This document shows positions 34,941-45,130 of a stretch of 64,000 nt of DNA, piece by piece (positions within the stretch are counted from its first letter, which is position 1; each line of letters begins with the position of its first letter). A model generated the notes under the pieces. The model made no database searches and was not told the origin of the DNA. It saw only the letters and a list, made by a program, of their open reading frames with translations. The stretch lies in NCBI GenBank assembly GCA_004431415.1, contig QPMI01000015.1:186001-250000 (forward strand). The letters are read 5' to 3'. The stretch comes from Cyanophora paradoxa CCMP329 (taxonomy: Eukaryota > Plantae > Glaucophyta). Position numbers and translations under genes: made by a program.

Positions 34941-37900
34941 GCGGAGCGGAGCGGTGGATGGGTAGGCGGCCGAGAGCCTCGGAACCCCCGGCCTAGCCCC
35001 TAACTAGCACCCCATCTAGCCCCTCGGGGTGGGGCCGCAGGGGGCTACGGCGCACTCGTCGGGGCGGAAGTTGCGGAGGAGGGTCACTAGCTGCGCCGCC
35101 GTCAGGTGCGGGCACACCACCTGCGCCGCCGAGGGCGAGGGCGAGGGGCGAAGTCAGGTCGTTGACTGGAAGTGGGAGGGAAGGGAGTGCGAGCGCGCGC
35201 CTGGCGGACGGCGTTGTCGGCGAGGTGCTGCTTGCGTATGCAGAGGACGTCCAGCGCCTCGAGCGCGTGCGTCGCCCGCATGCGCCGCGGCTCCGCCACG
35301 CGCGCGTTCGCGTGCGCCCACTCCTCGTAGAGCCCCAGCGCGTACTTCACCTCGATCGCCGCCCGCACCTGAAGTAGCATCGCTTAGGAACCACGGAAAC
35401 AGGGATCAAAGCGGAGCCGACCGTGCAGAGGTCGGGGCGGGAGAGGAGGGCGTTGAAGAGGGAGGCGTCCACAAAGTGGGCGACCTGCGAGGAGGGGAGG
35501 GGTCGGCCGCGAGGAAAGAAGAAGAGGAAGCGGCCCGGAGCGGCCCCGTCCGGCGCCCCTTCGGCTAGCTCCGCTCGCCTAGCCTGGCTCCCGTGCCGGT
35601 TGGCCGGCCCCGGCCCCTGGCCCCGAGCACCTGGGCGAGGGCCTGCCGTGTGACGGAGAGGGGCAGGCGGGCGCCCTCCAGGGCCCCCGCGATCCCGTCC
35701 AGCGCCCGGCACACCTCCGCCACCGTCGGCGCCGCCGGCGGCCCCGCGGCCGCCCCGGCCGCGCCCCCGGCCGCCCCGGCCAGCAATGACTCGGACGAGG
35801 GCGCGGCCGCCGGCGGTTGCTTCTTCTTCGCCTTCGACTTCCTGCGGGGGTGTCAGGCCCGGCGAACGTGAACGATGCCCCGGGGAGGGTACGCGCTTCA
35901 GGGGGTAGGCGGGCGGGGCCGTGGCGGGGGCGAGGAACGCGGGGGCGAGGAGCGGGTTGAGGGACTGGTAGGCCGCCTGCGGGAAACGTGAGCGGCAGGC
36001 AGGAGGGCGGGCGACCCGGGATCTGGATCCAGCAGCCTCTGGACCAGGCGCTCTCCGCCTCCGCCCGCCCGGCGCCCCTTTCCCCGCCCGGCGCACCTGG
36101 AGGAATGCGCCGTAGACGGCGTGGAGGGCCGTCGTGAGCCGCGCCGTGAAGGAGATCACGTCCGACTCGGGCACCCCGTCCTCCTCCCCGCCGTCCTCGC
36201 TCCCCTCGCCGCCCTCGCTTCCGCTGCGGCAGTGAGGGGTGAGAGGGGGCGGACGCTGGGTGGGCGGGTGGGTGGACCCCGAACGGACCTGGAGCCGCGT
36301 CGCCGCCTGTCGACGGAGCGCCGGCCGGCGCCGCTGCCTCCGCTCCGGTCGCTGCTCCCGCCGCTCTCTGCCGACGAGTCGCGCCGCTTGGGGCCCTTGC
36401 CTTTTCCTGGAGTCCCGCCCCTCCCGCGCCTCCGGCCGGCGCCGCCGTCGCTGTCATCGTCCTCGTCCTCCTCCGATGCGTTCCGGCTCCCGTCCTCCCC
36501 GTCCTCGTCGTCGTCCTCCTCGCCGCCGCCCTTTTTCCTCCGCCCGCCGCGCCCGCGCCCGCCGCCCCCATCCTCCGCATCCTCCTCGTCGCTGTCCCGC
36601 AGGAGCCGCTGCGCCGTGCTCCGCAGCTTGCGCGCCGCCTTCGCCGCCGTGCCCTTGACGTTCTTCCCCAGCGCCTTCAGCTGCGCGCCGCCGCCGCCGC
36701 CGCCGTGCCGGGACCCGCCGCCGGCCCCCGACGAGCGCGCCACGGGAGCCTTCTTGAGCATCGCCACAAGGGCAACGAGGTTCGCGATCCAGAAGGCCTG
36801 CGCGGCTCAGATCAGATCAGATCGGATCGGATCGGGCCGGCTCAGATCATATGATATGATTCGGACCAGGATCTTCATCTCGAGGGCGCCCTCGAGCAGG
36901 TCCTGCACCGCGTCGCACACTGGGCCCGCCACCTCCTCCAGCCTGCTCAGATTAGATTAGATCAGATGGATCCGATCGGGTTGGGAGGGGTCCGGGGGCC
37001 GCACGAGTAGTCCCCCGCGCTCATCCACTTCACGAAGCAGCGGTAGATCGTCGCCGCCGAGAGGGGTACCCCGCTCCACCTGCGCCCCCCCGCTCCGTAA
37101 GGCCACCGGACGAACGGGCGCTCAGCTCTGGGCTCCGAATCCGGATCCGCTCCGCTCTGCGCACCACTGGCGGGAAACGTCCTCTCGGACCACAGCGCAC
37201 TCCACGAGCTTCTTCACGGCGGGCGGCCCCGCGCTCCGCTTGCTTCGCCCGCCCGCCGCGTCCCGCCACACGTTCCGCCCGTCGTCCTCGGCGCCGGCGC
37301 CCCGCCCCCGCGAGGCCGCGCCGCGCGTGGGCGTGCCCCTCCCGAACTGCCTGTTCAGCGCCGCGCCCTCGTCGTCCTCGTCGTCGAAGCGGTAGCCCCC
37401 GTCGTCCTCCTGCCCCCGCCCGCCCGGCGTAAGCTTCTCACGTAAAGAGGGGGGAGGGGCGCCGGCGCGCGAGCGCGCCTCTTCCTCGCCGATGGCGCCG
37501 AGGGATGCGCCCTTGCCCTTTCCTTTGCCTGAGCGCGTTGCCCCGCGTCAGCACTACCAGTAGGGAGCATCGGAAGATACTTTAGCTAGCTGCTTTAGAT
37601 CTAGCTTGAGCTCTAGCTGCTTTGACGCTGTTTGGCTTAGAAGCGGCGCAGGGGGGACTCGCTGCCCTAGCTCCAGCTCCAGCCAAGGCGGGGCGCGCGG
37701 CACCTTTGCCCTTGCCCTTGCCCTTGCCGTCCTCGTCGCCGCTGCCGTCGCCGTCCAGGCTGCTCCGCCGAGACGTCGCGTCCGACGTCACGCTCCCGTC
37801 CCTGATCAGCGAGCGGGCCGTACCCGGCTGGGCTCAGCGGGGTACGCCGCGCGGGTGGGGGTACGTAGACGGATGCGCACGCGTCCGACCCTTCGCCGAT

Positions 37901-38908
37901 CCAGCGCGAGCGGATCTCCAGCTGCGTGGAGGAGCGTCAGGGGCCGTACCCGGCAAAGAAAAGGCGGCTGGGATGCGGGCGGGCGGGCGCGAGCCTCCAC
38001 GACGGCCCCCGCGGCCGCCCCGTCCTTCAGCTTGAGGCTGGCGCTGGCCTCGAAGGTCCCCGGCGCCTCGACGTACGCGCCCAGCGGGAGCGTGCTCTTC
38101 CCAACGCTGTCCGAGCCGCGCTTGTCCTGCCGCTTGAGCACCACCGTGAACTTCTTCAGGTCGTACTCCTTGTCCTTCCCGCGGCGGTAGAGCGTGGAGA
38201 CGAGGCTGTACTTCTCCCCGATCGAGCAGGAGCCGCCCTGCGCGGCCTTCTTCTTGCTCGACCACCTGCGCGGAGGCCCGGCCGCTCAGGCCGCTGCAGG
38301 GAGCGCGGCGGCGCGGGAGGAGGGGCGAGGCGCGGACTCCTTGTCGTGCCGGCGGATGACGACGAACAGCGCCGCATTGTCGAACTCGTCCGGAAGCCTC
38401 GTCACGCTCTTGACCGTGACCTCAAACGAGAACTGCGGGCGCGGCCGGGTGGTCAGGCGGTTCGAACGAACCACATCGGGCGAGGCAACCGGGCGCGGCC
38501 GCGCGCGGCGGACGCTGCTGCATCATCGGCGGAATGCTGCCGAGCGCCTGCGAACCTTGTCCGCCTGCGCGCGAGGGTGAGCGGCGGCGCAGCGCGGCGC
38601 AGCTCGACGCGTGTCTCTGGGTCTGGCGCAGGGGGCGGCCGGGCGCCTCCATTCTAGGGGAGGCAGCATAGCACGATCCGGCCGATCTAACGCGCGCCCA
38701 CTCCCCGACTGGCCGGCGCCGCAGGGCTGAGGCCCCCTAAACGGTCGAACTCAGGAACCACACTCGCCTTCTTCCCGAGGTGCCCGGGCTTCTTGAGCCC
38801 TGCGCCGGGCTTGATCTTCAGGGCTGCTTTGGCCTTGTCGCCGAGCTCCTCGACATCGTGTATGACAGAAGAGATCCCTTTTGTCAGGGACTTCTGTATT
38901 CCCTTCAT
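34379..38908 (-). CDS. NT-C2 (EEIG1/EHBP1-type C2) plus Dilute (DIL) domain protein
   Basis: NT-C2: FSFEVTVKSV...LFVVIRR..WSSKK...LVSTLYRRGKDKEYDLKKFTVVL...GKSTLPLGAY. DIL-like: AFWIAN, HFVDASLFNALLSRPDLCT, IEVKYALGLYEEWA, VCPHLTAAQLVTLLRNFRPDE. Confidence 0.8.
34854..35000. repeat. Intronic G31 homopolymer flanked by a 29-bp direct repeat
   Basis: gagagcctcgga(g/a)cccccggcctagcccc at 34854 and 34972; poly-G at 34909-34939. Confidence 0.85.
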
Positions 38909-39032
38909 CGATGCGCCCGCGCGAGGTTTAGCTGCAGCTGAGAAGCATCGCCGGGCTGCGGTCTCCTGTGAGCTTCGTGCACAAACCGCCGGCCCGCGAA
39001 ACTTGCGAAAAAAAGACGGGGTACAGCTGCAG

Positions 39033-42000
39033 ATGGAGCGACCGGCCTTCGTGACGCTGGCGCCCGCCATGCACGCGGCGGCGCTGAGGACTCAATTCCT
39101 GGGCGGTTCTCTGGCCCGCCGCGCCCGCCCGATCATTGCCGCTCAACCCCGCCCGGTAGCGATCGCCGCCCCCTTAGCTACAGCGCGCCGGCCGATTCCC
39201 GTTCCGCAGAGCGCGCTGCGGAGGGAGTTCTTCGTTCGAGCGGATGCGGCGAACGCACAGCCGCCTGCGGCGATGCAGGGCACCTCCAGTCGAAATATCA
39301 CCCTCGAGGCAGCAGGTGCGCGGGGTGGCCGCGCCGGCGCGCATGTACAGAGCTGTAATGTTTAGCTAAGCTTCCGCGCACGGATACGCGCCTCTCGTGC
39401 CGCCGCCTGACCTGCGGCCGCGCCGCATGCGCAGAGCAGCCGCACCCGAACCAGAAGCAGCGGCGGGGCGTGAAGCCTCGGGACGTGCTCGAGGTGGAGA
39501 TAGAGTCGCTGGCGTTCGGCGGCGCCGGGGTAGCCCGGCACGAGGGCCTCGTGGTCCTCGTCGAGGGCGGCGCAGTCCCAGGCGACCGCCTCCGCGTCTT
39601 CGTCTTCGCCAAGAAGAAGGGTACGACGCCCTTCTCGAACCCAGAATCTCATAGCTCGCCAGCTAGCTAGCTACAGAGTACCGTGCAGGCTGCGCCTTGG
39701 GGCCTTCAGATTTCGAATCTGATCGCCGCGGCGGCGGCCGCGCGCGGCCGCAGGCTTCGCGGAAGCGCGCATCGAGGAGGTGCTGCGGCCCGGGCCGGCG
39801 CGCATCGCGCCGCCCTGCCCGCACTTCCTGGAGGACTGCGGCGGCTGCAAGACGCAGTCGGTCGGGTACGACGAGCAGGTCGCGCAGAAGACCCAGCAGG
39901 CGAGTACTAGTCCTAGCTCTAGTGTGATTCAAACCGCCAATCTTGCAAGTCTGGGCCCCGGGCCCAGCTGAAGCGCTGCTCGGCAGGTGAAGGATCTGTA
40001 CCAGCGCCAGGGCGGCTTCGACACGTCCGGCATCTTCGAGGAGACGCTCGGCTGCGCCCCGGACAACCAGTTCCACTACCGCAACAAGGCGCGCCCGCGA
40101 AGCCCGCAAAGCTTAGCTTGTCACTCGAGCTTGCTTAGGCTCCGGATACCTCTTGAGGGCCGTACCTCTGGGCCGTACCTCTGGGCTTCTATAGCTTAGT
40201 TCTAGATCTCGATATCGATTTCTCCTCCTAACTCCGATCCCCTCCGAGATCTAACTCCGATCCCCTCCGCGCTCAGATGGAGTTCACTGTCTCGCGGCGG
40301 AGGTGGATCCCCCGGAGCGTGGCGGGCAAGGAGGGGGGCGAGGCGCCTGAGCCGGCCCCGGGCGGGCCGACGACGTCGACGGCCCCGGGCGGCGACGCGG
40401 CGGCCCCGCAGCAGCAGCAGGAGTACATCATAGGGCTCCACTGCAAGGGCCGCTTCGACAAGATCCTCCCCATCCACTCCTGCCTCCTCCAGGTGCGGGT
40501 GGTACAGGGCTAGATCTAGGACGCCGCCGGCGGCCGCCCCTGCGGGCGCGCCTAGAGTGCCTCCCTATCCATCGCCTTTCTCAACTCGGGTCCTGCCCCT
40601 CCTGCCTCGCCACTTGTCGCGCCGTACCCCTGCTCCACTCCCCGCAGCGCTCCGTACCCCTCCCCTGTCCTCATCCCCGCGCCCCCCCCGCACCGCAGGA
40701 CCCGCTGGCGAACGAGGTGCTCCAGTTCGGCACCGCCACCGCCCGGGAGCTCAACCTCGAGCCGTGCGCCCCTTCCGCCCTAAAGCAGGGCCTGCTGTGC
40801 TTGGAGCTTTCTGTCCGCTGGCTGAACCGCGGCCGGGGGCGGCTGCGGGCAGGTACGACATCGTGGAGCACACGGGCTACCTCCGCAACTTCGTCATCCG
40901 CACCGGCACAGGCGCCGACGGCGCCCGCCAGGTCAACAAGCCGCGCTCTAAAGCTCAGCTTCCCAAGGTTTAACTTAGCCTTTAAAGATGATGGTGAACC
41001 TGGTGACGTCGGAGGAGCGCCCGGACCTGCTCGCCCCCGTGCGGCCCGGCCCCGGCCCCGGCCCCTGGCGCCGCTGACCATGACCCCGCCGGCGTGCAGC
41101 TGAAGGAGCGGCTGCTGGGGCGCTTCCCGGGGCAGATCACCACCATCGTCAACAACATCACCGCCTCCCTGGCGCGCCCCACCGCTCTAGATCCTAGGCA
41201 CACCTCTCTCTTCGGCCCGCTCTGACAACGCCTCCCTCCTTGCAGAGCGGGGTGGCGCGGGGCGAGAGGGAGGTCGTGCTGCACGGGCCCGGCACCATCG
41301 AGGACACCCTCCGCGGCGTCACCTTCAAGGTCCGCCCGCCCGCCGGGCCGCACGCGGCGCTCGCAAACGGTTAAAGCGTCGCCCGCGGCCGTCCAAGCTG
41401 GGGCTCGACACAGATGCCTGCAGCTAGCGCTAGCCAGCTTCAGATCTCCTCCTCCTCCTCCTCGCCCCCGGCCGCCTTGCCCCTCCAAGCGTCGCGCGCC
41501 TCTCCGGGCCGCGCTACATTAGATCTAGACTCAGAGCCGGAGATGCGTCGCCGGGCGCTCCCGCTGACTACAGACTATAGTTAGGCTAAACTAGGTCTGG
41601 AGACGGCATCGGCTCTGATATCCGCTGATCTCCGGGGCCCGGGGCGGGCGGGCGGGCGCACTAAAGCTTGCCCCTCCAAGCATCGCGCGCCTCTCTAGGC
41701 CGCGGTGTATTAGAGACGGCGCAGCGTCGCCCCCGCTGACGATCCGGGACGGTCCGGGTCTGAAGCTAGCTAGCGCTAGCCAGCCTCAGATCTCGTCCTC
41801 CTCCTCCTCGCCCCCGGCCGCCTTGCCTCTCCAAGGCTGCGTGCTACATTAGATCTACACCGAGAGCCTGCGCGGCGTCGCCCCCGGCCCGCTGACGGTC
41901 CGGGACGGGCGGGCGCAGATCAGCGCGAACTCGTTCTTCCAGCCGAACTCGCGGCAGGCGGACCTCCTCTACGGCGAGATCGAGCGCGCCGCCGGCCTCA

Positions 42001-42995
42001 CCGGCTCCGAGGTCCTCTGGCGAGTCCGGGAGGGGGGGGGGAAGAGGAAGGAGGGTATACAATAATATCGCTGAACGTTAAGATCCGCAGGGACCTGTAC
42101 TGTGGGACGGGCTCCATCGGGCTGACGCTCGCCCACGCCACCAAGCACACCTACGGCTTCGGCGCGCCCCGCTCGATCGATATCCCCCCCCCTTCTTCTC
42201 CAGGGCGAACGTTCCCCGCGCGCGCAGAGATCGTGGAGAGCGCCGTGGCGAACGCGCGGGAGAACGCGGAGAGGAACGGCATCCAAAACATCTCGTTCTT
42301 CCAGGGCGAGCCCTTTCCCTTCCCAAATTCGCTGTACCCCGCGCTGACCGGGTCCGGACCCGCAGGCGACCTTAGCAAGGTGCCGGCAGCGCTAGCCCTG
42401 GCCACGGGGCCCTAGGCCAGGCTAGGCCGAAGGCCCAGGCCTGCGACACCCCCGCTTCGACGTCGCCCCTGACTCCTCGCGATCGCTCCCTCGCGACCGC
42501 AGCTCTTCTCGAAGACGCCCGATCCCGAGATCCAGAAGCTCCCCCACCCCGACGTCCTCGTCCGTACCCCCCTCTTGGATCCGCAGTCGGCGCTCGCCGC
42601 TGAGCCGAGCCGGGCGGCATGCGCAGGTCACGGACCCACCGCGGGCCGGCATGGTCCCGAAGCTGATCGACGTGCGTTGGCGCCGGCCGGCGCCCCTCCT
42701 CACGCCCGCTCACGCTGGCCATGACGCCCCCTTGACTTGTCGACGTCCGCCTGCAGCACATCGTCCTCCTCAGCCCGAAGCGCATCGTGAGCTCGAGCAC
42801 AACAATATTAATCACCTTCGCTGACCGTCGCCTCGCCGCGGCCGGCAGGTGTACGTCTCGTGCAACCCGAGCACCCAAGTCCGGGACCTGCAGGCCCTTT
42901 GCTCCCAGGGCGGGTACAGGCTCACGCGCGTCCTCCCCGTCGACCAGTTCCCCCACACCGGCCACGTCGAGGTCATCGCCGTCCTGGACAGGTAG
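39033..42995 (+). CDS. RlmD/TrmA-family RNA m5U methyltransferase with TRAM domain, predicted plastid-targeted
   Basis: EIESLAFGGAGVAR, CPHFLEDCGGC, YRNKMEF, SANSFFQPN, DLYCGTGSIG, DPPRAG, YVSCNPST, DQFPHTGHVE. Transit peptide begins MERPAFV. Confidence 0.93.
41330..41918 (+). repeat. 589-nt intron containing three imperfect copies of its 3'-terminal unit
   Basis: gctagcgctagccagc.tcagatctc.tcctcctcctcctcgcccccggccgccttgcc at about 41423 and 41769; partial copy at about 41666. Confidence 0.8.
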
Positions 42996-43396
42996 CGCTA
43001 GCCGGCAGCGATCCGCGCGCGGTTTGTGACTGCGGAATCAATTTTCTACACTGGTTCTATCTGTCATATAAACAATACGAAGCACAAGATGCATACGCAA
43101 AAGGAAGCAATGCATGCTGGGGAACAACATGTCGAAGAAGTTGAAAACATAGTCCGGGGGTCAAGGGGGACGAAGTCTGAACAGACGGTCTAGGTGGAGA
43201 AGACGACGCAGGAGAGCGAGAGTGAACGGCAGCGCAGGGAAGCGGACTATCGGAAGGGGTAGAGACGGCGGGCTGAGGGGGAGCCAGACAATAGGGGCAC
43301 GGTAGGCGAGAGGTCGTCTGAAGCAGTGGATTTACAAACGGGCGCAGCCATTCATTGAATGATCTGCAGGGGCGTTAGTCTGAGAGCTCGGGAGGC

Positions 43397-44944
43397 TCAC
43401 GCAAGGGGCGCGCGGACCCGGCCGTCCCACAACCGGATGCTGGGCGTGCAGGGGATCGTGCTGACGCGGAGGAACTTGGAGTGCGAGTACTTCTCGCGGA
43501 TCGCCTGCAGGGACTGCGTGGTGTGGAGCTTCCAGTACCGGAACATCTCCGTCATGCACGCCTCCAGGTCGCTCTCCTTGTACTTCGAGTAGTGCTCCAG
43601 CGTCCCGTTCTGCCCCCGCTTCAGGCCCCGGGCGAGGGAGGGCCGCGCCGGGGGAGCGGGGCCGGGCGGCGAACCCAGGACGGGAGGCGGAAGGTCTGAG
43701 CGGCGATGCTAATGGCGCTCGCCGCTACGAGCGACGGGAGGTACTTCAGGAAGGAGTACTCCTGGAGCGTCAGCTCCGCGATGTACTGCGCGCGGAGTTA
43801 GGCACGGAGGGGCGGACGGGGCGCGGGGTCCACGGGGCGCACCGAGGCGAGCATTTCGACCGTCTGGTCTGCCCGCGCAGCCTGCGCGAACCGCTTGAGG
43901 AACGCCTTGGCTGTTGCCGCCGCCAGCTCGAAGCTGAGCGTGTTCAGAACGAGCGTCTCCATCTTCAGAACCTGGGGACCGATGAGGGGCGGCCCGGAGC
44001 GGCATGCATGCGCGGCCGCGCGCACCTCTTCCCTGTTGTAGGTGTTGTCCGATATGTAGACGAACTCGTCGACTTGCGGCGCATAGATCTCCTCGTATTT
44101 CCTGCGCTCTCGCAATTAGCGGCGGCGCACGCGCTGCAGCTGCGGCTAAGACGCACGCTGCGATCAGCATGCAAGTGATCCCGACGAGCTGCAGCTTCCC
44201 CCGGTTCACGGTCTGCAGCGCCAGGAACCGGTCGATGTAGTTGACCGCCAGGTCGAGCGTCTCGGGCTGCAGCTTGTATTCCTCGCCGACCTCCACGAGC
44301 CAGTCTATCAAAATCCCCCGCATCGTCGCGTTGATGTCCCGCTGACTCCGCTCCATGTAACCGTGGCCCGCCCTGTACTTCAACTAAAGAGAGGGACAGC
44401 ACATCAGCTCACGGGCGAAGGGATGCGCGAAGATTCGAATAGATAGCCCTACCTCGGTCTCCCGCAGGTACTCGTAGATCGGCCCGACGTACTCCGTGCA
44501 CATCAGCGCGTTGGCCCCGTTGTTCTTGTCGATGTCGTCCCACGATGCGGGCTCGTCGGTCTCTATCGAATCATCACTTGATACTGCACAACGATCAGCC
44601 CGTCGCGCATCGCAGGACTTTGTCCGACGCGCTTGAAAATTCAATCGTCGCACCACGCTGCTCTTGCCGGGACATGGAACGCGTCCTGGGCCGCGCACTC
44701 GCAGGCTGATCTCGCGTAAGAAAGCGGTAATCAGGCGTGAGACCAGCCAAGGCACCTTTAGGTGAACCGAGGGACCCCGGCCCCCGCGGTTGCTGATGTC
44801 GTTCAAAGCCTGCCGCTTCTCGTCGCGGGAATCGCGCAGCTCCTCCACCCTCTCTCGTCTACGGCTGGAGCTGCACGACATCTGCACGTCGTTCTCAAAA
44901 CTGTCCTCCTTCGTCGACGACCAGAAGCAACTTTCAATCTCCAT
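43397..44944 (-). CDS. CYCA: A-type cyclin
   Basis: D-box RQALNDISN; [16 protein letters not shown]; YIDRFL; [21 protein letters not shown]; YISDNTY. Confidence 0.95.
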
Positions 44945-45130
44945 GCAACTGCGCGCCCCTGCTCGCCCCTAGAGGTGCTCTGATGATGCTAGAGCTGCTG
45001 TAAGGGCGAGGGCGCTGCCAGGTGCTGGCAGCAGGCGAGAGATCCGACCGACGGAGTTTTCGAACCTTGTGCGAGCGTACCCCGGCCAAGCCTGAACCCC
45101 CCGTCAAAAAAAGCTGAGCCGCGCCGGCCG

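Noticed and set aside
36805-36980. (AGATC/GGATC)n pentamer runs
   Set aside because: Simple intronic microsatellites in the NT-C2/DIL gene; no sign of function.
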